From contig CM119371.1 in NCBI GenBank assembly GCA_051294905.1, forward strand, positions 1,304,001 through 1,368,000: a DNA stretch of 64,000 bases, written 5' to 3'. The notes beneath the pieces are model-generated. The model was given only the letters and a program-made list of their open reading frames with translations, was not told where the DNA came from and did no database searches. The DNA is from Botryllus schlosseri (taxonomy: Eukaryota). The translations under genes and the position numbers were made by a program. Below, piece after piece: positions 26,166 through 39,923 of the stretch. How positions within the stretch are numbered: the stretch's first letter is position 1; each line of letters opens with the position of its first letter.

Positions 26166-28256
26166 GTCTATTAGGAGTTTACGCACCTTTAATTACCTCG
26201 AGCCGAATCATTAAGGCAGTTCTTTTTAACAATGAGTCGGAAATTCCATCGTTACATATGTTAATATCCAACGATTATAGTAATGTTTATTTCAATTACC
26301 CCTCACGAACGCCAGCCTAACATACTCGAGTTTATTTTAATACATCGTATTCTATCGGCCTACGTTCCTGTTTACTACCACCAAAAGTCAGAACGTGCCA
26401 CTGGATGTTTGCTTAATTCTGATTGCCTCAGTCCTAAATTACCCCATAAACTGTTATCGCAGGATTGCCGTAAATGCGACATCTAAAGCTTTTTATTGCC
26501 GATTGCCGTGTGCCGTACACATTATGAGCAAGACGGTGCTCAACTAAAGTAAACATTGTTAGCGATAGCGTTCGGACGAATCAGATATCAAATACCAAAC
26601 TGCATGCCATTGAATTAGATTGATATGTATAGCTACTAGGGATGGTGTGAACGTGAAGTTCACGTTGGTGATTTGTGTGTGAACCTCCGAAATTTACAGG
26701 TTCTCGTTCACAAACGAACCTTGGTATGTTCTGCAGTGTGAAACTTCTGAATATATTACACTTTTTAGCATCATTATAACATATTTGGTTGAAATTCTTT
26801 GCATTTCAAATTACGGCCAATTTATGCATGACCATGGCACTGGCAGCATAACAAGAATCTACACTACACTAGCATGCACTTGCCAATCACAAAAATTTCA
26901 TCATCTTTGTTACAAAAGTTTGCTTGAAATATTCAACTTTTCGCTTGTGAATACTTTATTACCTCTGTGCCGTGAGCTTGGTCAGCAATCCCATGACACT
27001 TAGAGCGAAATCCGCTACATGTCGGTAGTCAGCGGATGATGCTCATCCAACCAATCAATGAAATTGATAGAAAGAAAACATCCTTGTTTGACGTAAAAAA
27101 TTCTAGCAGGCGTACGGGACCCATCTGGATTTGATATGTATTGTATCATAAAAAAACAAATCCTAGTCACTAGGGTGTTGGCTACTTAGAAATTTGTTAA
27201 TGAAGTAATTTAGGTAGCGGAGTTGAAGCAATTGTAATTTGTAATTAAACTGAATGTATTTTTTTACATTCTTTTCATATATTTGATTGTAATTGTAATT
27301 GAAGCATTTCTATTTTGTGTAATTGTAATTGTAATTGTCATTTAATGAAAATTTTGCCCAGTTACAATTTCAATTATATTGACAATCACAGCATAAAATA
27401 ATTAGCCTATTTTCAATGATGTTCTATGCGTGCCTTGTTAACTAGATTATTAAGCCATGCTCAACCGTTCTGCCCACATGAAGTGCGATATGATACATAA
27501 CGTAGGCATCATCACCGAACTAGACAACGTTTTCCGATTCTCTTCATTCAATATTTCTTGAATTCTAATCAATGAATCGGCAATTCAAAATGTTGACCAA
27601 TATTTACCTGTAACTGTATTACCAATTGCAGCTACGACTATATGAGCACTTGGTCGCTAGCTATTACCCACATAAACATCGTGATGTAAAATTTTTCGTG
27701 TATTACAAATAGCCGACGGTGGATCATGGAATTGGTAAATTATGTACGTAAGCGGGAAAGCATCGGATACGGTATTGCCATGGATTACATTAGGTTCAGG
27801 GGCATCTATGCCAGTGTTTCTTAAACTTTTCCCGACCGCGTACCACTAATTAGTTTAACTTCACGGCGTAGGCCTACCATCTGGATGCCAAAAGACCTCT
27901 CAGTCAAATGTACCAGTAATATTAGTAATTGGCGTTCATAATAGATCATAACACCAGTGAATAGTTAGAAAAGCGGATTTAATATTCTAGATACAACTGT
28001 TTCCTCCAGACCAGATTGTCCAGGAGGCGTATAGCAATATTCATAACTCACAGGCTATGAGGCTAATATGTCAATTGTCCAGGCTCAGTTGGACGATCTC
28101 TTCCATTTAATGGCATGATAATGCATTGATATGGGGTGATTACTTCATGAATGTAATCGATTGCGACTACGATTACTTCTGAATCACGCGATTACGATAT
28201 CATTTACGATTACAGCAAAATCAGGAAGTAGTCGAATACGATTACGTTATAAAAGT

Positions 28257-28834
28257 CAGGGTTGTAATGACTCGAGTCATGACTCGACTCGAGTCAGACT
28301 CGAGTAACGATTTTCGGATGACTCGACTTGACTCGAGTCATTTTCTCATAATACGAAAATGACTTGACTCGAGTCAATCTGTGTATTGACTCGACTTGGA
28401 CTCGAGTCATTGCGCATGACTCGAAGCAAGTCATTGACTCGAGATTCAGACGGCGAAGACCGACATTTCATTGTAATTTCGAAGCCAACACACTATTGGG
28501 ATTTCGTTTGTTGGTACTGGTGCTTGAAAATGCGACCAGAAACTGCTAAAAGTAAGGAAAATTGATATATTATAAATGCGAACCATTCAATATCACCAAA
28601 CAGAGTTAAAAAAGTGGGTTTAGGAAGACTTTAACTGGAAACTGAGCAGTCAACACAATGACTTGGACTCGGACTCGAGTCATAATACCATGACTCGGAC
28701 TCGATCCTCTGTTCGCTGACTTGGACTCGGACTTGACTCGGTGGGAATTGAAAATGACTCGACTTGACTCGAGTCAAAAATATAAAAGTGAGATTGACTT
28801 GTGACTCGGAGCCTTGTGACTGTTTACAACCCTG
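28257..28834. mobile_element. hAT-type MITE with GACTCGAGTC arrays
   Basis: TIR CAGGGTTGTAA; exact TSD ataaaagt; absent from the paralogous site near 20570. Related copies at ~33690-34180, 34400-34800, 48797-49307, 57178-57500 and 62530-62770. Confidence 0.93.
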
Positions 28835-30434
28835 ATAAAAGTAATCGCGATTACATTTACTTTGCTTCTCAGAACTAATCTTAGAAGATATATTGGAAGA
28901 CAATATAAGAATTGCGATGAAAAGGGCTAATGAGCTAACTAATTTATTCAAATATGAGACTTCATTTGCTTGCTAGTTCATAATGTACCACTGCCCATGA
29001 CTTTATAGGGCAAGATTTATCGCATCCAGCGAATTGAATTCTTGCCAGGTCAGTAACTTCCGCACCCCAAACTCACCATTAGGGCGGGGATTGGGTTAGA
29101 AGAGAACTCAGTATTTCGCAAATCAATGTAAATTATGGGGTATTTTGAAGAGATTTAATTACCTTGAAAAACACCTTTTCAAGCTTCGTGATTTAATGTC
29201 TGAAGATAGCATGATTTTGAAATAGATACCTCTCACCCCCTCAAGAAAAATATATGCGACTCCACGAAGTTTGTTACCGAAGAAACACCTTGACTGCAAC
29301 TTTGGATATGTGTCCATTTTCAAGAGCCGCGATGGGTGGGTGTGACGAATAGTGCTGTCCTTCTAATCTGAGTTCCACAATACAAATGACATCCGGGGCA
29401 CCACAGAGAAAGGAACACATGAAAATTTGTGTGCGCGTCTCGCCAAATATTTTTTTTCAGTCTACTACGTTTGGGTGAATAAAATATCTTTTGATCATAT
29501 AACAGACGGGAGGTCACAAACTATATACGAAAAAGTTGACTCGAGTCTGACTCCAGTCAAGTCATGACTTGAGTCATCTCAACACTGGTCTTGACTCGAG
29601 TCAAATCGAGTCATTTTCAATTCACTACCGAGTCAAGTTCGAGTTCAAGTCATCGAGCCTAGGGTTGAGTCCACAATTATACACACAGCAGTTTAAATCT
29701 CTCTTAATGTGAAATTACACTTATATGTGCACGGTAGCCTACGTAATGGCATGTGTATTCCGTCTTATGTTCCGAATACGACATCCATACGCAATGCTAT
29801 ATAACTAGAATTTTGTCATTCGAACATATCTAACTGCGTAATAATATGAATAATATATTTGATTATATGATACGAACATTCATCGAAGTTCATCTGTAAA
29901 TCAATCTGATTCGTTCAGTTGATGATGAGTTAAGCGATTATTGAACAAATGAGGCGGCTGCAACTTTTGAATCGTAAAATGAGCTCCGTACACATAATAA
30001 ATGTTTGGCGTCAACTGATATATGGTTTGTTTGTTTCAGTTGACTGTGCAAGGTACCTTGGGGTGCATTAGTCCTAACGTTGTGCATTGTACGCACTGTC
30101 AACGCATCGATTATCTTCATTTAATATTCCTTGGTTGCGGAATGCTATTCCTGAATCTGTTTATTTACCCCACAAGCTCGCAGTCCCTTACAAATTTCAA
30201 AGTTGACTCACCAGAGTAATTCTGGTTTGCAATACGCACCATACACTTATCTTGCTTCCACGAGAATACAGACAAAAAGAAACTTTCAACCAACATCTGT
30301 GTGCAAAAACGATAACAAGACATTGATCTTTGTGATGATGTTGTATTAGCACGATAGGTAATGTGGAATGCAATGTAAAATTAGTTGCTGTCAATCATGC
30401 GCATCATATTGCAAATGAGAAGCATATTGCACGT

Positions 30435-30692
30435 CTGCGAGCGAGATAGTGTAATGATGATGCGTCCGGCTTCTTGATCGGTAGGTCGTGGGCTCGATCC
30501 CCGACCATGTCAGGCCAAAGACTCGAAAACTGGTATCCGCGGCTATCTTGCTAGGCGCTCAGCAAATACGGATAGCATGGAGGAGAAAAACGGAGCTGTA
30601 GACTAGACGAACTTACTATAAAGGCGGCTGCATCTCCGTCGTCAAAGCTTCTTGATGGTGCGGGCGAAAAAGAATACCATATATCTCTCTCT
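30435..30692 (+). mobile_element. tRNA-derived SINE (duplicated with segment)
   Basis: Same position and flanks as 23092-23349. Confidence 0.85.
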
Positions 30693-32010
30693 GAAACGTC
30701 ACAAATAAATTGCCACGATAAGATTGATTAGATGAATTAATACCAGGGGTTCCAAAACTAGGGTCGCGACTTAAATGAGTTGGCTTTTCTATTCTTTGGT
30801 GTTGGGTAAACAAAAATTAAATACCGATGGCTAGTATAAGAATTAAGGGGATGCTATCGGCAACTCATTTCTGAATATTTTAGTTCATTTTTTAAATGGA
30901 AGAAAAAACGACCTACGTGATATGTGATCGGGTGTGCCATGTGGTGAAAGTATGATACATACACAGGACATGTGCGAACGGCGCAGTCAGCTAGGTCAGT
31001 CGTATATCGTTATCTGTATTTCGCGTGACGCGAATTATCACATAAAATACTTGATTAATTCGATTTAATATAAATAGAAAACGTTCTGATAGTCCTAAAT
31101 ACGTTGCTATAGTATTGATTGAGTTTCTTAAGCTCAAGTATGGAGGTGAACGAGTTCATAATTGCAAGCTTGGTATTGCTGCGCACATATTTGCCAGCTC
31201 TAAAACACAAGTCGCGACTCGCGAGTAGGTTTGGTCGAAGGTGCTGACCATTTTCAATTATCAGCACGCCAAATTGAGAGGTTTGATCGCGGAACATTTT
31301 GAAATCGAAATTTTGGGTCGCTACCAAAATAACTGATCATACGTGAACTTGTGTAGGCTATACACACTGAGCAGTGTGAACAATGGGCCAACTTCACGTA
31401 CTCGCCATTCGCATGGTTCTCATTTGTTTTTCTCCTTTGTAAGCTTATAGTTTCCCTCACACATGCGGTGATTACTTCGTCAACGTATTTAATTCCGATT
31501 ACGATTGCACCAAAATCTCCTATATGATTATATTGTTAAAGGGACAGTGCACTCTCAATATGATGCGGTCTCGAATTGAAGATAAAATCGGTAAAAAATT
31601 CTTGGCCGCAACTATTCTCCTCAGAAAGCTTCCGCAAAGAAGCAGCGGCTAAACGAAAATTCCAACTACCCGCATTACTCGCCAGTTGAATTAGTATTGT
31701 TTATAATTGTGGCGCGGCTGCGAGTCTCTGTTGCTTAACCAGTTGCGAGCTTGCTGGCACGATATCTTCACTTGCACTTGCTCGACGCGATCTCCATTGC
31801 GATTTCTCGCCAGCAATAATTTTTTATTATGGCTATACGACAGTCCACGCTAACATGGTGTTGGTTGTCGCGGCAGATTTCAATGTTGAATAAACAATTG
31901 CGCAATATTGATTGCTAGGCTACCCGATTGAAGCATTTCCATATCAAAGAAAATGAGCCTGAACTTCTCTCCTAAAGAATGATTGTACTCGCAGACAAAC
32001 ATATTGATAC

Positions 32011-32408
32011 TAGAGGTCGACCGATTATCGGCCCCGATATTTGGAACTTTCTCGAATATCGGTATCGGCCAATCCAGGCCGATATCGCGACCGATATTTT
32101 ATATATAACTACAATCTACCTTTTCTGAACTGATCTGCAATTCTGTATCATGTTTTGATTTTCGGGTTATCCCAAATTTCAACGAATGTTCACAATTAAG
32201 CAATAAGTCTTTTCGATTTCAGTTTTCTCGTTTGTTGTTCACCTTTCTGTGGCATGAACAAGTGCCACCTTGCCTAATATATAATATTTTTGGCGAACTA
32301 GTTCTCTGCTCCTTCCATATTAATATCGGCCTATGATATCGGTTATCGGCCGTGAGAGCGTCGAAATATCGGTATCGGCCTGTAAAAATCAATATCGGTC
32401 GACCTCTA
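32011..32408. mobile_element. hAT (Ac-like) MITE
   Basis: TIR TAGAGGTCGACCGAT; exact TSD attgatac; empty site at 25843-25850; TATCGG repeats. Confidence 0.95.
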
Positions 32409-35400
32409 ATTGATACCTACTGTCTGTATACCACTATATTCCAGATATTGTGAGTTGCCGATTCACAGAGCAGCTGTGCTATGATTCATATCTGTATCAA
32501 ACCATGAGTGCATGATGTGCATATGATGCCGCAGGACATTAAAGGTAAAGTAATAGAGTTTGAATACTTGGTAAATTTTGCACCGATTCACTGTGCCATC
32601 CCTGAATGTTGAATGTCAAGCGCCAACCTACTCATATCAGTTTTACAAATCAGTTCTCATGTCTGACACGGTCGGGGATTGAGACACGACATAGCGGCCA
32701 AGCACCTGGAAGCGCAATCATTCTGCTATCTTGTCTATTAGGAGTTTACGCACCTGTAATAACCTCGAGCCGATGCATTAAGGCAGTTCATTTTAACAAT
32801 GAGTCGGAAATTCCATCGTTACATATGTTAATATCCAACGATTATAGGTTTATTTCAATTACCACTCACGAATGTCAGCCTAACATATTCGAGTTTATTT
32901 TGAAACACCGTATTCTATCGGTCAACGTTCCTGTTTACTACCACCTAAAGTCATAACGTGCCACTGGATGTTTGCTTAATTCTGATTGCCTCAGTCCTAA
33001 ATTACTCCATAAACTGTTATCGCAGGATTGTCGTAAATGCGACATCTAAAGCTTTTATTGCCGATTGCCGTGTACCATCCACATTATGAGCAAGACGATG
33101 CTCAACTAAAGTAAACATTGTTTGTGATAGCGTTGTATCGAGAATCATGTTGCGTGTTGTTCACAAGACCTCATATTAAACTTTGGACGGCCAATGATGA
33201 CGTCGCAAACGCATCCAGCACGACTAGTTTGACGAGAAATTTCGCTTTCACGAAATTTTGAGCGTTACTGTTATCGGTCCGCAATACATTTTATGTCGCA
33301 GTGATAAGCGATTATCTCGCGTACTTGTGTGTGTCCCTTATGTAGTCAAACCAGCAAATAGCTGCTCTGTGATGACAAAAGTGGAGGGGGGGTAGTGCTG
33401 GGGCCAACTATTATCAATTCTTGAGCCGTTATGCGCATATTATCTACGTTCATTTCCTGTCCTGAAAGAAACAAGTGTGCACCGAGGCTGCTGTGATTTC
33501 GATTGAAGCTGTTCTACTGACATTGATCTTACCTGCTACTGACTAAAATAAACCACGTCAAATTGCAAACTGTTTATTCATCCAGACGGGGACAGGAGGC
33601 AGTGTAAGTAGGCCTATATTAGTAAAAGACGGCTAAACTACGGAAACACCGTAATCCAGTGATTACACAGTCAGTTATTAATCTGACGCGACTATCAATA
33701 TATGGTAGCTTCGTAAACGGCTATGACAGGTTTGCCGTTTTTGTGACTAGACTTGACTCGCGTCAATTTATAAAATATGGTGTATAACTCGACTCGATTT
33801 GCGACAATTTGTGTATTGACTCGACTTGTACTCGAGTCAATGAGCCTAACTCGACCAAGCCATAAAACCCGAGACTCGGATGGCCAAGACGGGCATTTCA
33901 TCGTAACTTCGAAGAATAGTAAGCTACCACAACATTATACTTGAATATCAACCAAACGAAGTTTTAAAACGCGAGTTAAGCAGGATTGAGCTTGATAATG
34001 AACTGCGAACACAATGACTTGGACTCAGACTCAATGATCAACACTGTGACTCGACTTAAGCTTTTGAACCCTGAATATGGCTCGGTGCTGAATTGAATAT
34101 GACTCGACTCGTATCGAGTCAAAATTATGAAAGTAGAATTACCTTGTGACTCAGGACCTTGCAACTTGGTAAGCACCATGGGACATTGCTTACGACCTAA
34201 GTGCGACAATTATTGAAGCGGCCTTGAACGAAAGGTACTGCTGATTTCGAATATAAACATTTTAATCTGGTCTGGGCACTGTAACGCGCCCCAAAATTAC
34301 CATGACATTGATAAAAATCGTCATAGTTTAGCCGCGAAAAAATGATCACAAAAATCAATCAATGTGGCGTTTCAATTGTTTGCTACAAAGCTCGAATACA
34401 GGGGTTGTTACCAAAAGTCCCAAGGTTCCGAGTCCCAAGTTAATCTTACTGTATAGTTTTGGCTCGAATGATTAGAGTCATTTTCAATTCATCCCCGCAT
34501 GAAGTCCGAGTCGTTTTGCGGAGGGTCGAATCCGTGTCCAAGTCATTGCGTTCACAGTTCAGTTTCGAGTTCATGAAATGTTTAAACCATATTTTTACAA
34601 CTATGCTTGACTGATATCAAATGCCTCACATTCATTATATGCTGATTTTCATCATTTCTAACAGGTTTTGGCCCTAAATTGATGTACGAGTACTGATAGA
34701 CGAAATACCGATAATAATGCAACTTTACTATTTTGGAAAGTTGCAATGAATTGCAGTATTGGCTGCTAGAGTTCTGAGTCATGTGACTTGAACATGACTC
34801 GAGTTTACTGGAAAAGGCGTGAGCGTATTTTGCAACGAGATCACCAAACAATCTGTGTCTGTCAGTTGCGTCTTCCTTTGATTTCCTTGGCTCTCCCCCG
34901 AACGCTGTCTATTCTCGCTTGCCTTTGGCACTCAATCGTTTTTCGTGACTTTCCGTTGCTTGGACTCGCTGTTGAGTTTTCTGCTACGTCGCACTTGTAC
35001 CACAATCTCGCTCTTTTTGGTTTCGTATCATTCATCAAAGCTGGCTGTCGTACTGACTTTAATTGAAATAGAAGTATAGTCGCATCTGAGGAATATGTAG
35101 AGCGAATGTTTTTCCCATTCTGGAACCCAGAGTTTTGTAACGTTCTGTCTTTTCCTGTGAGCGGCTGAATATTCCGATGACTTTCTTTCAAAACTGGGCG
35201 GTTTGCGTTTGATTTAATATCGTTTCATTTGACGAGTCAATTTCCTTTAGTTTCCGCTTTGTCAGAAATTTCGCTTTACGCAGTCCTTTGAATTCCAAAA
35301 CTTCCCTAAAAGGTAAAAATCGGTTAATTTGAGCGGGAAAAATAGCCCTCGTATCACAGTAATTGATATATTTTCTAAAATATTGGACTGGGCAGAATGA

Positions 35401-35478
35401 TCAAAGGACTCGCATCTGAAAGCGGTATTACCTCTACCAATTCAACTCAACTAGAGAAATGATTCGTCTCCTTACAAA

Positions 35479-35960
35479 TAGGGCTGTCCAAGATCGAGTA
35501 CGTTGGTGATTCGATACTGAATCTCACATTGGGCTTCGAGTCCGGTGGAGTATTCGAGTATCACTCATTATGTGGAAATACCAGCATGTACAATGTCAAA
35601 GTATATATATATACCTTTTACGCTAATACAGAGAATATCATGTCTGTACTTATTTCATCCACAATACCTATCTCATTACAATTTGTGACAATGCTGTGGG
35701 TTGATCATGACTTCATAAATATGCTAATCCCAATATCATTCGTAGCTTTGCACTACATGTTCCGTGGGCTCCGATACGGTCAGTCAAGAGTTCCATGTTC
35801 CCACAGTAGAAAACACCGTGATAATTCTCGTTATCCAATTACATTTCATTGGCAAGGACCATATAATATCAGCACTCCGAAAACTTCACTACTCGACTCG
35901 AATCATTAGAAATATTAATCGGAGTAGATTCGAGTATTCGTATCATTGTGCCCAGCCCTA
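35479..35960. mobile_element. hAT MITE, family of 10853-11379
   Basis: tagggctg...tgtgcccagcccta; internal similarity; TSD degenerate. Confidence 0.8.
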
Positions 35961-37202
35961 CTAACTACTATGTGTTAATTTATTACCTAAATTTATCGTT
36001 TCGATCGTATTTCCACTCTGGAAGCCTTGGAACTGTATTCGTCACATGACATCATACGAAAGCTTTTGTATATAACTACGTTAGCGGAAAGGAAACATCT
36101 GTAAACATGCAGCATTCGCAATGAAATAGGCATGATCGACAAAAAAACATGGCTTTTTTAATGTGACGTAGATTCGGCATTATATTCTTTGTAATTGCAT
36201 GAAAACTACATATTTGCACTATCTACATTTCCTATACCACTATGATGTCACAAGTAGTGGTACTCAACTCGACTCATAATATTCGATTCATAGTCAAATC
36301 ACTAAGCCACTCGATTTTCACAATCCTACCAATGAATACTACAAGGAGATTGTCAGTAATCATCAACTCTCACAAAACATCATGTTTCAATCATGAGTGG
36401 CAGTATCTCAAAATCTATTCGGGAGGCCAACAAGTTCTAAATCACATCAAGAGCGTATTCTTTCACATACTATTTCAGGCTCCACCGAATATATTATTAT
36501 TGATGGTATGCAGACTTGTACAAGCTACCAATCTAGTTAATTGAAGGTCAACTGACAACTGACTAGTTGCCAACAACTAGAAGACATACGTTATCGTTTG
36601 ACGTGAATCGTGATCTCACCGTTTTATCGTGTGATGCAGCCATTCCTACCTCAGAGTCATCACTGCAAAGACTGGCGTGGCCAGGCTGTTAGGAGTTTAC
36701 AGCCTCCCAATTTCAATTAGGACAAACTACTTCGTAAGGACAGACAGTTTCAAACAGAAATGAAGATAAGTAGCGCAATTCTAATGTTATGTGGGAAAAC
36801 ACCTAGTTTGCATATGATAGGTCAAATTTGTTCAAAATTAGGATTTTTTAGGTCAAAAAATGTTAAAATTTTGATTTTTTAGGTCACAATCTTTGTTTTT
36901 TTAGGTAAAAGAATCACCCTAGTCGAAACCATCCATGTCATCAAACTCTCCGTTGGGATTGCCAGCATTCTGATTGCATTTGTGACATGACGATAATGGG
37001 GCACGAAATTTTTCATTATCAAAAAGGGGGCGTGTCAAAGAAAATTTGAGAACCGCTGTTCTAAATCTAATTGAAGTTGCGGGTTTTGCAAAGAGAGTAC
37101 GTATTTTGGAAATCTAGTAGTTTGTTGAAGTCTGGGTACAGCACCTGAATAGTGGTTTGAAGGTACGGTAAGCATGAACGAGTCTACCAACGTTTTCCTT
37201 AC

Positions 37203-37304
37203 CATTCAGCGAGTCGATACAAGTTGCCACTTTGTCGGAAGTGAGGTCTTGAATTGGACGAGAGCACATCCCTTGCACATGCCAATGGCGGAATTGATGG
37301 CGAT
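37203..37304 (-). pseudogene. RBM28: RBM28 RRM3 RNP1 exon relic
   Basis: cag|IAINSAIGMCKGCALVQFKT(frameshift)SDKVATCIDSLN|gtaag. Confidence 0.85.
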
Positions 37305-37693
37305 CTGAATAGAAGATGGCAACTTCTGCTTCATTATCCCAAGCGGGGTCGCCTTAACTTTTGGTGGCCTCGCCATGACTCAACATATCTATCACTGTTT
37401 CAATTCAACAGTGAAAATCTATTAATAGTTTTAAGTTCTTGTTCTATGTTCAGTTTTGGTACAGTAAGTAGGCGTGCAGTACTGGCGTTCAACGGACGGT
37501 GTTCAGCCAGATTGCTTTGTGTCTGAAGCTAGCTTAAAATTGCTTTCACCTTATCATATTAGTCAGTTGGTCAAACTGATACTGAGATGCCAACCATTAA
37601 ATATTGAGGCAAATCTATCCATAGCGGCAAGTTTCCACCTCTGATATGCAAGCGTGTTTGTGAAAGCACAGCCTGTCGTACTGGTCTGGCTGA

Positions 37694-38509
37694 CAGTGTT
37701 GAAATGACTCGGGTTATGTCTTGACTCGAGTCACTTTGCAAAAAATGACTTGACTTGACTTGACTAGGCGTTTCACAAATGTGGATTAACTAGTGACTGG
37801 AAGCAAAATTTACGAGTCAATTTCAAGTCATCAAGAAATCGGTGTTGCTAAAATCGCTGAATACGTTACAATTGTTCGGACTGTTCTCGATACGCTGTTG
37901 TGACTGGTGAGAGCGACAAATCATTCATTCAATCATTTTGCGTTTTACTGAACGTCCATTATTCTATAACAAATATATCGACCGCTTACAGTGTGCGTTG
38001 TCGCATTAGTAGAGTAATATAATAACAACAAGGTCAATGATTGGTCAAATATTGGTCAATGATCATTGGTGCTAGGTGATAACCTTAACCAAATCTCTTA
38101 TTTGATCTAGCATTCAGAATTGAATTCGAATATACTTTACAAGTTTATATTACTAGTCAAGCATTGCCGTAAACCTAATTTATATCTCATGGATATGTAG
38201 TTAGGTAATGCTTCATATCAATTCGTTTCCGCTATCCAAGGTTTTGTGTTCACTATTTTGGGGGATAAATTAATGACTGTGGGTATACAACGCATTTTTT
38301 TCATGTATATTAATCTCTATATTCATCCCTCGGTTTAAAATAAATGACGACTCAATCTGAATTTCGAACAGCTAGTAAAATGCAATGTGATGCCTTGTAC
38401 TTCGAAAAGACAACTTGACTTGAATTGTGACTTGACTTGACTCGAGCCAAAATGCGCAATGAATCAAGATGACTCGTGACTCGAAGGTAGTGACTTGATC
38501 GAAACACTT
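37694..38509. mobile_element. hAT-type GACTCGAGTC MITE (paralogue 59786-60642)
   Basis: cagtgttg...aaacactt; TSD ctggctga/gtggctga; paralogue has exact TSD ctggcgga. Confidence 0.8.
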
Positions 38510-38990
38510 GTGGCTGAAGAGAGAGACATGGCATATTTCGCAGCATTTGCCCATGTCTCAGCAACTACATGATGCTACAATAGAGTTGTGCTACACACAG
38601 ATGGATAGCTTCGCGCAGCATAGAGGCAACTAGAATGGAACATGGTGGTATTGAAAAATAATTTATTTGCAGATCCATTATGGTAGTTTTCTGAGTAAAA
38701 TATGGCTAGTGACAAATTTTTTTCCACAATTTCATGTTTAATTTGATAGTACATCATCTTTAAAGCGCACGACCATTGAAAAAAATCATTTTGGAATATT
38801 TTTGTACCACAACATTTCTCAATAACCGTTAAACATTATTCCCTATCGAAAAACAAAATAGCACGTAAATGCTGGTTTTATTTTCGTTTTAATTGGGGTC
38901 ACTCATTATAAAGTTGCCGACCGGTGGACTAGAGTACGTCAGCCCCACAATACTGACAATTGTTTTGGCTGAATATTGGACCGCACATAC

Positions 38991-39135
38991 CTGGTCGTAC
39001 GAGTCCGTCCCTGCCGAGATACAAATTCCTTTTGCCATCCTTCTCCTTCTTTTGCTTCTTCTGTTGATTTATCATCCTTTCACGTCCGTCCACAGCTTAA
39101 ACAACTCGAATCTGATTCCCGTCCAGGTTGTTGCC
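38991..39135 (-). pseudogene. RBM28: RBM28 RRM3 end/linker exon relic
   Basis: GNNLDGNQIRVV*AVDGRE...GKRNLYLGRDGLVRP|gtatg, compared with RBM28 LDGRQLKVDLAV...RNLYLAREGLIR. Confidence 0.88.
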
Positions 39136-39923
39136 CTGCAATGGTAGTCAGATAGTCGCAAATATGTTTACAGAAAGACTTGTAAAATAGGGAGGACTTT
39201 TTTCAAATGTCATCGGCTTTATTGTCAAATCGTCAGGTTACCTTAAAAACCTCGCCCAAGAAATTTGACTCCATTCCAACCAGTAGATGCCGAGGTCAGT
39301 CTAATTGGTCATTTTTTAATAGTAGTATTTACGGTGACTAATTTCGTCATACCGACATGACCCAAAATCATATTCCAGGTATGCCCGAAGAGGCAGGAAT
39401 GTCTTTTCCACTTGTTTTGATCTTGACAAGGGCCTATGGCGGAGTTTGGATGAAGACATCGCCAGTAAACGAAAAAAGATATGACATGGATTAGCTGGAA
39501 ATTAGTCCACGTCACTGAAATAGACACGTTAAAAATCAATTCATGTTCGAGTCACTCAGGTACTTGATTTTGACAACCCTACTCATGACTAGTACAAGGA
39601 GATTGTCAGTGGTCATCAAATCTCACAAAACATCATTATTCAATAATGAGTGGCAGCATCTCTAAATCTATTCGGGTGGCCAACAAGTTACAAACCCCTT
39701 AGGAGTGTATTTTTTCACATACTTTTTCAGGCCCCGCCGAGTATAATATTATTTACTGGTATGCAGACTTGTGTAAGCTACCAATCTGGATAGTTGAAGG
39801 TCAACTACAAACTGGGTTTTTGATTAGTTCAAGTTGTGGATTTTGAAAAGTGAGTAGTTTTAGTTACAGTACCGCATTAAAAAACTAGTTGCCAATAACT
39901 GGAAAACTCGCGTCATCGTTTTG

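Larger units (their letters stand above)
19790..26572 (+). repeat. Tandem segmental duplication, copy 1
   Basis: Colinear high similarity to 27466-33133, apart from copy-specific insertions and a non-aligning block at 20755-22108. Confidence 0.95.
27466..33133 (+). repeat. Tandem segmental duplication, copy 2
   Basis: Colinear with 19790-26572. Confidence 0.95.
36716..39530 (+). repeat. Dispersed duplication of 58630-61730
   Basis: Colinear moderate similarity, including a shared MITE and RBM28 exon relics. Confidence 0.9.

Noticed and set aside
20755..26760. Composite transposon formed by inverted GTGAAC-repeat ends at 20755-20868 and 26637-26750
   Set aside because: The TIRs face the intervening DNA rather than enclosing it, and flanks show no shared TSD; treated as two truncated MITEs.
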